Positions 1-11,383 of a stretch of 64,000 nt of DNA are shown here, piece after piece (the stretch's first letter is position 1; every line of letters starts with the position of its first letter). Origin of the DNA: Piromyces finnis finn (taxonomy: Eukaryota > Fungi > Neocallimastigomycota); contig MCFH01000035.1 in NCBI GenBank assembly GCA_002104945.1, positions 1 through 64,000 of the forward strand, written 5' to 3'. Below the pieces are notes generated by a model, which made no database searches, had not been told where the DNA came from, and worked only from the letters and a program-made list of their open reading frames with translations. Both the position numbers and the translations under genes were made by a program.

Positions 1-505
1 TTGAATATACAAAATTTTTATTATAATTAAAATGTAGTTGATATTTGTGTAAAAATTTATTGCCTAATAACAAATCTGTTGGAAGATTTTTAATAATTAG
101 AAATTTTTCTTTAAAAGTAATTAAAAATTTTGAATGATTAATATAGATAGTAGTCTTAAAATATAAGAAGGTGTATGTATCAATAAATATTGAACCACTA
201 ATTCCATTTATTTCAATTGAGTGTAATAATTTGTGTGGTTTTAGTTTTAATTTATTGACCAAGTTGATTGAAATAAAGTTGCAATATGAGCCACTATCTA
301 AAATTAAATTGTATTGATTTTTATTAATTGAATTTTTTAAATCATAAAGTTTGTTTAATTTAATTGGGATAAAAAATTTTAAGTTGAAAAATGTTGTAGG
401 CAATTTTTTATTTATTTTAGAGTCATATGTAGGAAAGTTGTAATGTATTATTTTTGTATTATGAACTCTCTTAGACTCTCTTGAGAGTTCATTTCTTAGT
501 TTTTT
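1..505 (-). CDS. Pol N-terminus (retropepsin-type aspartic protease), partial, in the -1 frame relative to gag
   Basis: Manual translation of the minus strand is open from about 520 to base 1: ...NQYNLILDSGSYCNFISINLVNKLKL...INGISGS...KNLPTDLLLGNKFLHKY. It has the LDSG catalytic motif (L codon at 301-299) and the D-LLG flap/terminal motif. There is no ATG, so it is absent from the ORF track. Confidence 0.9.
461..505 (-). other. Programmed -1 ribosomal frameshift signal (slippery heptamer plus hairpin)
   Basis: In-frame A-AAA-AAC at 505-499, a 6-nt spacer TAAGAA containing the gag stop, then a perfect 10-bp stem ATGAACTCTC/GAGAGTTCAT (492-483 and 470-461) with a 12-nt loop. Confidence 0.85.
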
Positions 506-1407
506 GAGTTCATTTTTTGAACTTTATTGACATAATTATTATTATTGTTTGAATTTTGATAATGGGTTTTATTCTTATTGAATTTCCTATTGTTTCTCTT
601 ATTGTAATGTTGATTTTTATTATTATTATTATTGATATTTAATTTATTATTAGTAGCAAGAGAATTTTCAAAAATTATACACTTTGTAACCATTTCACTT
701 AAAGTGTTAGGTAAAATATCAGCTTTCTTAATTTCATTCTTATATTTTGGATGTAAACCATTTAAAAATATTAGTGAAAGACTAATGTCATCTATCTCTA
801 AACAACGACTTAAATCTCTAAATTTGTTAATATAATCGTTCACTTTTCCATAAGCTTGTCTTAATTCTATTAATTGAATCATGGCTAATTTGGTACTGGT
901 AACATTTGAAAAAGCTTTGTTTAATTCACTTAATAGTTCGTTCATAGTCATAGGAGTAATACCATCTTTATATTTAATATGATACCAAGTTCTGGCAGAA
1001 TCACGTAATCTAACAACAACAAAGTTAATTTTTACTTCTTCAGATAGTTGATTGTTAGGTGGAGTTTTAAAGGTAGCTTGGCAGAGTTCGCAGAATAACT
1101 CAGTCTGAGTAGTATCACCAGTAAAGAATCCTGGATCTGGTACTTGTTTGATAGGATAGGTTCTATTACGCATTATAACATCATGATCTTCATCATAATC
1201 AGTAGAAGATTCCTCGGTTTCAGTATAATTAGCACGACTCTTAAGTTCCTTTAACATAGCATCCATACGTTCTAACAAGGAGGTGGTATTTTTATCCAAT
1301 TGTTGAGTGATATACTTGTCTAATTCACCACAAAGATTTTTCTTAAATTCTTCTAAATCTTGAGGCTTTAGGAATTGTTGAACTGGTTTAGGTGTTGGTT
1401 GAGTCAT
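496..1407 (-). CDS. Retrotransposon Gag (capsid-like), 303 aa, no CCHC knuckle
   Basis: PDPGFFTGD...ELFCELC...F and LRQ..G.V.DYINKFR.L..FLNGL..K motifs typical of Ty3/gypsy gag. It lies between the LTR/PBS and the protease. Confidence 0.88.
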   Translation of the reverse strand: MTQPTPKPVQQFLKPQDLEEFKKNLCGELDKYITQQLDKNTTSLLERMDAMLKELKSRANYTETEESSTDYDEDHDVIMRNRTYPIKQVPDPGFFTGDTTQTELFCELCQATFKTPPNNQLSEEVKINFVVVRLRDSARTWYHIKYKDGITPMTMNELLSELNKAFSNVTSTKLAMIQLIELRQAYGKVNDYINKFRDLSRCLEIDDISLSLIFLNGLHPKYKNEIKKADILPNTLSEMVTKCIIFENSLATNNKLNINNNNNKNQHYNKRNNRKFNKNKTHYQNSNNNNNYVNKVQKMNSKN

Positions 1408-1469
1408 TTTTTTTTTTTTTTAATTTTTAAATTAAGTTTTTTCCTAAGGTAGTTATGGTAAAAAACGCG

Positions 1470-1480
1470 GTAAAGATTAT
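1470..1480 (-). other. Putative self-priming primer-binding site (11 nt)
   Basis: Minus-strand ATAATCTTTAC starts immediately after the LTR terminal CA and is the exact reverse complement of GTAAAGATTAT inside the LTR (1725-1715). There is no TGG tRNA-type PBS. Confidence 0.75.
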
Positions 1481-1780
1481 TGTAAAAGTTTTACTAAACT
1501 TATAATTTAATATTAAAATATTAAATTAAATAAAAGGTTAAAAGATAACTAGGTTAGAAAAAAAAAATGTTTTATTAAAATAATCTTAATTGATTTATAA
1601 ATGAATAATTATATTATGTATTATAGTTAAAATAATTCCTTTTTATTTTATTTAAAGAATATATATAATAATAAGATTATTTAATAGTAATACTTATTAA
1701 GTATTAATAAGATAATAATCTTTACAAAGATTTAATTCATAAAACTATTCTAAACTATTTATACTATTTATAATTTTACA
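1481..1780 (-). repeat. 5' LTR, 300 bp
   Basis: Bounded by 7-bp terminal inverted repeats TGTAAAA (1481-1487) and TTTTACA (1774-1780), giving TG...CA ends, 73 bp upstream of gag. The partner LTR is outside the window, so the TSD cannot be tested. Confidence 0.8.
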
Positions 1781-3296
1781 TTTAATACTAAAATAACTTT
1801 TTAGTACATGATTATATTCATAATATATTTTATAATACTAAGGTTAAACTTAAGACTTACTACTAATTATTAAAAATAACTATTGTTTATATATTTATAA
1901 TATTAATTATTTCTTAATTATAATATAATTCATTGAATATAATATTAATAATTATAATCTTTTAATTCAAAGATTATAAATTATGTTATTGAAATAATTA
2001 TTATAAAATAAAGTTAATTAGTTCCGGAAAATAATTTTAATTTAATTAAACAATATTTTTTTTTTTATACTTTGAGTGAATGATTTATGTTTGATATATC
2101 AGGGGTGATCATTCTCTGAATAAACAATTAATCATTGCTAACAAAATATCTTTAAATTGGAATATCTCGTGAACCAGCAGAGATATTGACCTGATTTTAA
2201 GATATGTTGTTTGTCTCGAGCGTGGCTTTCTAACGAACGTAATTATAACCAAAATATTTTTATTCAAAAATCGTCATTCGTTGAGGAGATACGCGTGTTT
2301 TTTCTTATTCCATTTTAACGATAAGGGTTAAAGTTATTTATTATAAAAATTATTAAGGGTTAAGGTCATATTTTAACCTTTTCTAAATTTTTAAATATTT
2401 CTTAATAAAATTTTATAATTTATTTGAAAATAAAATATTTGTTGATTTTGAATTTTCATAAGTGATTTCACAATTCCAAGTGATCTTGAAATTGTAATTT
2501 CACTAGTATTCGTGACAAAATTTCTACTAATATCAAATGTATAATATATTTATAATTATTATTTATCAAAATTGTTACGGTTCGAGGAATTTACTTTTAT
2601 TTATAAAATATTAATAAATTTATTAATACTCAAAAATAATATTAAAATGAAATAAGAAAAATTGTTTTATTAATAAAATTGTTTTATTAAGATATTAATA
2701 TAAAATTATAAAATAAAATAAAAATAAAAATAAAAATATCTGTATATTCTCTAATTCTTATAATATACACCTTTTTATACTTTTTGTAAAAAATTAAGTA
2801 GTGTTAATTAAAAGAATTAGTCTTTAATTATTTACATAATTTTAGTATTTAAATTACTTTTAAATGAATAATAAAATTACATTACTATTATAATAAATAT
2901 TTATACATATTATTAAATTGATTAACATACATTAAAAGTTTACTTTAAATATATTTAACTAAAAAATTTTACTATTTTACAGAAATATTATTCATAATTT
3001 TAATTAATAAAAATTCATTAACTTGATAAATTAAACTAAAAGTTCAATAAACTATAATTTTCAATATATTATTATTACTAAATTAATTTTTAAGTTTAAT
3101 AAAATAAAATTTAAGTTCAATAAAAAATAATTATTAATAATTTTAAATATAATTTAAGTGTATACATTAATTTACAAATAAGAATATTGTAAAGTTTTCA
3201 TACATTTAGGAACAATAATGAATGGATTAGGTCATAATCATTAATTATGACAAGAATAACATTATTTGTTGGTTCCTTAACAAAATTACAAGCACT

Positions 3297-3368
3297 GGGG
3301 ATATAACTCAGTGGTAGAGTGCTTGCTTTGCATGCAAGAAGCCTCGGGTTCGATCCCCGATATCTCCA
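3297..3368 (+). tRNA. tRNA-Ala (anticodon UGC), intronless
   Basis: GGGGATA/TATCTCC acceptor stem, D arm ACTC..GAGT, anticodon stem CTTGC/GCAAG with loop TT-TGC-AT, T loop GGTTCGATCCC and discriminator A. Confidence 0.97.
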
Positions 3369-3914
3369 TTGGTGTTTTTATTTTAAATTATTAAATCCTA
3401 TAGTACCAACAAGTTTATTAATTTATATTTATATAATATGAAATAAAATTATTCTTTTCATATAATTAATTTTAATTAATAAAAAAAAAAAATAATTATA
3501 TAATTAATAATTCCTAATTTGTATAATCTAAACTTTTATAAAGAAAAAGAAAAATATTAAGCATGATTTATAAAAGATAATAATATTAATAAAAAAAAAG
3601 CTTTTATAAATATTATTAAATTGTATTAAATATATCATGTATCAAATTTTGATTTACCAAAATATATAACTAAAAAATTAAACCAAGTAACTTAACCAAT
3701 TGACATAAAATTTTCATGTAAATGACAGGTGTAAATATTATTAAAATATATATATATTAAAAAGGACCAATGACGCCATATATAAATATAAAAAAATTAT
3801 TGGTATGATATTTTTGATAATATTTATATATATATTAATACTTAATTTATTGATATTTTAATAAATTTAGTATTGCTATTACTAGTACTATTTGAATTGT
3901 TATTACTACATATG

Positions 3915-3917
<3 letters not shown>

Positions 3918-3983
<66 letters not shown>
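3918..3983. repeat. (AAT)15 fused head-to-head with (ATT)7 microsatellite
   Basis: Read directly; the strand switch is at the AATATT junction near 3960-3965. Confidence 0.9.
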
Positions 3984-4171
3984 GATATAAATATTTTCTT
4001 TTATTATTGTTGTTATTATATTTTTTTTTCAAAAAAATATTAAGTAAGTATAATTTATTAAAAAATTTTTTTCTTTAGATTAAGAAAAGAATACTTTTTT
4101 TCTTTAATGATAATAAATACTTTGATTTTTTTTTTAACAGGAATCAAATATTTTTAAATTTTATTATTAAT

Positions 4172-7064
4172 TTAATTAAAATTATAATACATGTTATATA
4201 AAAAAATAGAAATAAAAAAATAAAAATTAAAAAAAAAAAATATGCTTAAATAAACACAATTTATAACGTTAAAAATATAGTTATAAATTGTTTTTCTTAC
4301 TTCCATTTCAGGGAGTAAGTATGTGATGAATTGATTCTTATATTTATTGTAAAAAAGTGTAAAAAGATCGTCAAGAAAGCTAAGTGAAGAAGTTCTGTAT
4401 TTAGAGAATTCAGAACATTCTAATATCCAATGGTAAAAAAATTGTTCGTCATATGGACAGACACGAGGGCAGTCAGGAGTAACTCTATTACTGGCAATTG
4501 CAATTCGGGTTGTATATTCATAACCGTATCGAATACGAATAATCCAGGTAATTCCTAAATTTAAGTGAGGTTTGTTGAGACCGATATGCATTAGGCGATT
4601 TGAATTAAGGAATTTGTTGTTAGTATATCTGAGGGCTTTACTTCCATTATTTAGGCTACTATTATTCCAATAATATTCTCTAATATCTTTAGTACTTTTA
4701 ATATTTATTTTCATAAGCTTCTTATGTAGTGAACAAGATTCTTTGGCCCAAGAGTAATGAGACATGGGAGGAATAGATCGGACGAGATCTTTAATAATAC
4801 AATTTGATTTTCTCCATTTAACAAAGCATTTCACTTGTTGCGCAGCACAAATACCTGAAAGGGTAGGAATCTTCATATCTCTTGTAAGAGCATACAGACT
4901 AATAAATGAATTACGTTCGAAAATAAAATCTTTGTTATTAAGACTTTTATTGTGAAAGTTATTGATACTCCATAAAACAGCAGTATTGATAAGAGATTGG
5001 ACTCTTCTAGTTCTATTTTTGTTGGAACCAAGTAAAGGAGCATAATAAGAGACTTTGCTTAAAATATAAGTATGAATTACTATATTTTTTAAGCCAATAG
5101 GAACACAATTGTTAGTGATGAAGCTCTTAAAAGAGAATAAAGATTTCTGAACTTTTTTGTACATATTAAACAGAATAGGAGTCAGAGAAAGATCTTCGTC
5201 GAATAGGATTCCAAGATAAGTATAGCAAGAAACCTTTGGAATCGAGTACATACCGGCGGTGTAAAATGTTGGGTCGACATAACTAGGGGATATATTAAAG
5301 TTGAATAGTTTAACAACAATAGTTGCACATTTATTTATTCCAAAAGACATTTCATTTAAATTGGCCCAATCAAGGACTAGATTGAGCATCTTTTGAAGGT
5401 TCTTCTTACTAGGAGCAATCAGAACAATGTCATCCGCGAAAAGGCCACCACAGCAACATTTATTTCCTAAGCTAACTCCAAGCCTTTCACATTTATTTAA
5501 AATATCATTGATGAAGAGATTAAATAGAATAGGAGAAAGAGGACACCCTTGTCTTACACCACGATTGATAGGGAATTCATTAGAAAGTATATCCAAGAAA
5601 CGTGCACGAGCTTTTGAGGTAGAGTAGAGATTATTGAGAAAATCAAAACACTTACCACGTATACCTAATTTATATAGCTTTGTAAGGATATTAAAAATAG
5701 GAACTGGATCGTATGCTTTTTTAAGGTCAAGAAAAGCAACATAAGTGGCTTTTCCTTTAAATTTTCTTCTTTGACAGATTTCTCTAATGGAAATAAATAG
5801 GCTAATACATTCTTCTTTATTGCGAAAATCAAAGTGCTCAGGTCTTATAAAATTATGAGAAAGAGCATACTTTGAAATTCTATCAGTTACAATTTTTGAA
5901 ATGATTTTAAGACCTACGTTGATGAGAGAAATACCACGATAATTATTGCAATCTGAAAGATCGCCTTTCTTTGGAATAGAAACAATGGAAACAGAGTTCC
6001 ATTTCAAAGGAAAAGATCCATTCCAGATTTTATTAAAAATTAATTTAAGACAATTTCCAACAGACTTATGTTCTTTTTTCCAGTTCTTCGTTACAAAAGA
6101 AAGCTTTGAAGAATTAAATTGGGATACCATCGGGACCTGGAGCCTTATTATTATTCTTCATTGACAGAACAGTGTTTCTAATTTCCTCAATGGAGATGGG
6201 ATCATTAATATCCCATGCTATTTGATTGATATGATTGAATTGGAAGGCTCTTTCCCAGTAACCCCGATTTAAGCTATGATTTGTAACATCAGATGCAAGA
6301 TTTTCATAATGTTCAACCCAACGTTTTAGTTGTTCTTGAGGAGTAAATAAATCCTTGCCACTCTTGTCCTTAAGAGTTGAAACATGAGAGGATGAATAAC
6401 TTGGTTTGGCAAGTTTTTTAAGGCCTTTCCAACCTTGTCTAAAGCTTTTATCAATAAAATGTTTACCGATAGAAACAATATTAGCTTTATAAGGATTGGA
6501 TCTGAATTTACTCTTAACCTTTTTGATAGTATTATATAAATTTTGGTATATGGAGAACTGGTTAAGATAATTATCCATGTCAGCACAATATGAAAGGGGT
6601 TTAGTATTTTTGTAAGCCAGGTGTTTTTCATGTGATAAATTTTTGATGTATTGAGGGCAATGGAATGCTGGACCTTTTAAATCTGCAGGCACAATGGCTT
6701 TTATATCTTTACCTATAGTTTTGGAAGTATCTAAAGATTTGGAAACCATATCGTCAGCCGATAGGCTATTGCAATTTGCTTCAAGCTCAGAAGCTAGAAC
6801 AGCAAAGCGATTACTAGTAAGAATGTCAGAACACTTTGTGTTACAGATATGACTTGACCACTTAAAGGTCTTCTAAGGCTTTTTGAAACCATCAGAAGTG
6901 TCTTTTATACAAGACACAAGGATCGGTTTGTGATCAGAAACATCGTGAAAAACTTCGCAAACTGAAGATTTGTTTATGTGTTCTGTCATAGCTTTGTTGT
7001 ATATAATATGGTCAATGCATGAAAATTTAGATCCCTTTTCCCATGATTGAAGCTTTGATAACAA
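4172..7064 (-). mobile_element. Non-LTR retrotransposon (APE endonuclease + RT LINE), 5'-truncated and disrupted
   Basis: Endonuclease C-terminus IDHII...SDHKPI (6873-7064), linker with KAPGPDGIP, RT motifs NYRGISL, FLDLKKAYD, GVRQGCPLSPILFN and LFADD, and a C-terminal degenerate zinc knuckle (CP...HWILEC). In-frame stops at 6873-6875 and 6114-6116, plus a +1 frameshift in the T6 run at 6074-6079. Confidence 0.93.
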
Positions 7065-9122
7065 AAAAGGTTAAAAAAAAAGGGAGTTACTACTTACCAT
7101 AAGAGTCCATAATAAACCTAATAAAATTATACAAATATATAAATATACATATAATATAAAGTATAAAATATATATATAGAAAAGAGATAGAAAAAGTATA
7201 CAAAAGAATATTAATTGGAAAGAGATTTCTTGGAAAATCTAGAGTTTCAGAGAATAAAAAAAAGAAAAAGATATTACTAAAATCATATAAAATCGTAAAA
7301 AGAAAAAAAAAAGCCGCGCCCCTCGAAAAAATAAAAAAGAAATAGAAAAATAAAAAGATTAAATATGATTATAGTAATGAAAGCCGCACCCCACAACGAA
7401 ATCCAAGAATAAATGAAAGGAATAACAAACTAACTGAAAAAACAAAACTATCTAACTAATCAACATATAAAGAGTAGAAAGGAATAAAAGAACAAAGAGG
7501 ATAAGTAATAAGCTGGGATAACAAAATGTCTATTAAAGCTAAAAATAAAAAGAAATCAAAAATATTCAAAATTAACATTTAATACTACCGAATCAAACAA
7601 TATTAAGTTAAATATTATGTTATAAAGGTTATAAAAAACAACTACTATCTAATATAAGTTGAATGTGCAAGAGAAATATGATATAACAACTAACACTCAG
7701 ATTATCAACTCTACTCTCTCAGTACCATGAGCTTAATCCTTATAATTTTCCTTTAAAGACTAACTAAGCATCCATTGCGCAATACTTGGATTTTTTTTCT
7801 ATTCTCTCAGTACCATGAGCATGAGTAGAGCCCCTTGAGAAACTCCATTTATTAAATAAATGAAGGTACGTTCCCAAGAGGGACCAAGGGGATAAACTCA
7901 AATGAATATAATAAAAAAAATCAATAGAATGTGACCCTCGAACATGAATATTATTCCAAAACTTTTTTCAGGAAAAAATTGAACTTTTTTATTTTATTTT
8001 TTTTTTTTACACAATAAAATATTTATTATAGAATATACCATTTTACACATACTATTTTTTCACAATTTATATAGTTATAATTTCAAAAAAAGAAAAAAAA
8101 AACATTTTTCATTACTATAATATTTTTTTATTATTATTTATTATATTATTTGCATCATTTTTATTTTAAATAATTTAATTTTTTAGTTTCGATTTTATAA
8201 TTTTTTTTTCTTCTTCATAATTTTTAAAATTTTAAAAAATTAAAATATTTTCTTTTTTTATTGTATTTTATTTTTTATTAATTTAATTTAAAAAGAATAG
8301 ATACTAAATATTTACTTTTTAATTTTTTATATTTCTTTATATTTTCTTTTTTAATTTTTTGTAGGGTATTTTTATTAAATAATATTAATTATAAATAAAA
8401 ATGAAAAAATATTTTCCCTAAATTATAAAAAAAAAAAAAGTATTATTAGTTTAAATATTTGATAATTCAATATTTTTTATTGATACATAAAATTATCAAA
8501 TGACATATATAATACTTTTTTTTTTAATATATATTTCATTATTACTTTTTTTTTTTTTTTTTTTAATATACAATTAAAAATGAAAAATATTTATATTTGT
8601 CTTATCTCTAAAAAATATATATATTATTTTTAATTATATTTTATATTGTATAAAGAATATCCTCTAACCTATATTTTTTTTCAAGGATAGGGATAGGTAT
8701 TTAATTTTTTTTTTCTGTACAATAGTAACAAGGTTTTTTTTTTTTTTAATTATAATAATTATTAGGTAAAATTAAAAAATAGTAATTAGGATTATTAATT
8801 ATATATTTTTCTTTTTAAAGTAAGTTTTTTTATAGGGGTTTTAATTTTTTTTTTTTTTTTTTAAAAAAAATCTAAATAATAGATAAAATAAATTAATGAA
8901 TTAATAGATGTGAATATTGATATACTATATACTAATTCTTTTTTTTTTTTAGAATAAAAATGTATTTTTTTTTTCTATTTTCAATCTGAGAGAATAAAAT
9001 TTAAATAATATTCCATTGGTAAATAAGGGGATAGGGGAAGAAAAAACAGATATACTTTTTTAAATATTTTAAAAATTGTTTTTTCTATTTCTTCTTTATT
9101 AGCCATTAGCTTATTATTTAAT

Positions 9123-11383
9123 TTATTCGTGAGAAAGAACAATACAAGTTCTGCATGGAATGTAAACTTGAAGGAAGTTATCACGGTTGTTCCATGAAAA
9201 GTCAGTTGGGTAGTGAGTAATTGATTCATCAATACAGTCATGACCACCAAATTCAACTCTATCACTGTTTAAAACAATGTGATGTGGTGTGTTCCATGAA
9301 GTACCAACACGGTAGTCAGTGAAACTCTTAGTTGGGTGGAAGTTAAAGATGAATAAGAGATCACCACGTTCAAAAACAATAACCTTATCTCCTTCATGCT
9401 TTAAACTAATGTAAGCTTGTGGAGCATGTAACCAACCATACTTTTCTTCTAAGGTTTGCATGGCACGATCAAAGTTATTTAAGAACTTGTAACGTAATAA
9501 ACCATCATCAACAAGATTGAATTGACGACGAGCATAGTGGAAACTATTGCCATTTCCTTCTCTTGGGAAGTCAAGCCATTCTGGGTGACCAAATTCATTA
9601 CCAATAAAGTTAAGATATCCTTCACCACCTAAAGCATGAGTTAATAAACGAATCATCTTATGAAGTGCAAGACCACGGTCAATGATTGGAGTTCTTGGAC
9701 TAAGTTCAGACATAAATTCATACATTTCCTTGTCCATTAACCAGAAAGCAAGAGTCTTATCACCAACTAAAGCTTGGTCGTGACTTTCAGCGTAGGCAAT
9801 AGTCTTTTCCTTGTAACGACGGTTAGTTAAAGTCCAGCAAATATTACCAATATCCCAGTCATCATCCTTTTGTTCCTTTAAGATTTTAATCCACATATCT
9901 GGAATAGCCATAGCTAAACGGTAATCGAAACCGACACCACCTTCTTCAACTGGACGACATAAAGTTGGCATACCAGAAACATCTTCAGCAATAGTAATAG
10001 CATTTGGATAAAGGCTGTGAATCATTTTGTTAGCTAACATTAAGTAGACAACAGCTTCTAAATCAGTGTTTGAACCAAAGTATTCATCGTAGTTACCACT
10101 GAAACCATAACCCATACCATGGTGGTAGTACATCATACTGGTAACACCATCGAATCTGAAACCATCAAATTGGAATTCATCTAACCAATATCTTAAGTTA
10201 GAAAGAAGGAAACGAAGAGTTTCGTAGTTACCGTAGTTGAAAAGACGACTGTTCCATAAGTCGTGTCTACCACGACCACCAGCATGGAAGTATTGGTGAT
10301 CAGTACCATCAAAATTGTTAATACCATCTTCAACGTTATTACAAGCATGAGAGTGAACTACATCTAATAAGACGGTAATTCCCATACCATGAGCAGTATC
10401 AATTAATTCCATTAAATCTTCTGGTGGACCATAACGACTAGAAGCACAGAAGAAGCTTGTAACTTGGTAACCAAAACTAGCATAATATGGATGTTCCATG
10501 ATAGCCATTAATTGAATAACATTGTAACCAAGATCCTTAATTTTTGGAAGAACATCTCTAGTAAAGTTCTTGAAAGTGTTAACCTTTCCTTCCCATGAGG
10601 AAATACCAACGTGAGCTTCATAAATTCTGAGAGATTCTGGCTTTGGTGGTTTTTGGTTCTTAAAGTGATACTTTTCTGGTGGGTTCCAGAAGATACCATC
10701 GTAAGTTGGACTTACATCAAGATCTTGAGTAACTCTACGAATCCAAGCTGGAATACGGTAGAGAACAGTACCGTCTTCTAATGTGAGGACAACCTTAACC
10801 TTGGTATTATGTTTAATTGGTAAAGAACCATCAGCATTTCTTGGAATAACAATATCGAAAGTTCCGAATTCGTCACGATTCATTTTATGAGAGGTACTAT
10901 TCCAGTTGTTGAATTCACCCATAAAGTGAGCTTCCTTAGCATTTGGAGCCCATTCTCTGTAGTGAATACCTTCATCAGTAACATTGATACCGTATTCTTT
11001 GTAACTTTTTGAGAATTTATCTAAACTACCTTCGGTAGTGTTAAGTTTATCATACCATTCCTTGAATAAGTCGTATCTAATAAATTATATATCAGATACC
11101 GTATTAATTATCTTTAACTTTTTATTCTATTGTAATATTTATTTCTTTTCTTTTTTAACATATTTATATTTTCATTTTCACTATCTTTTATTTTTATTTT
11201 ATTTTCTTAATACCTTTTTTGGATTGGTTCACGGTATGGTTCAAGCCATGGATCAAGGTCAATTAATGCATCGACTGGAACAATTTCCTTTTCACCGTTA
11301 ATTTTTTCCTTGGCAGCAATTTTAAGAGAAGCAATATTATTAGTAACTTTTGGTTTACTTTCGTTTTGGATACTGACCATCAT
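9123..11383 (-). CDS. GBE1: 1,4-alpha-glucan (glycogen) branching enzyme, GH13_8; 2 exons (11383-11214, 11076-9123)
   Basis: [33 protein letters not shown] and YAESHDQ motifs. The GT-AG intron 11077-11213 joins the two frames (QKR|YDLFKEW). The start is inferred at AAAATG 11383. Confidence 0.97.

Larger units (their letters stand above)
1..1780 (-). mobile_element. Ty3/gypsy LTR retrotransposon, 5' part (LTR-PBS-gag-protease), continuing beyond the left edge
   Basis: LTR at 1481-1780, gag-like ORF at 496-1407 and an overlapping open frame with aspartic protease motifs directly after gag. Confidence 0.92.

Noticed and set aside
2321-2363. Two copies of TAAGGGTTAA resembling piggyBac-like right ends (TTAA plus CCC terminus)
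   Set aside because: No matching left end or transposase was found nearby, and 10-mers are weak evidence in such AT-rich DNA.
1781-4171. Possible tRNA-targeted insertion: the LTR element and LINE flank tRNA-Ala
   Set aside because: Distances of about 1.5 kb and 0.8 kb are too large and variable to support targeting from one locus.
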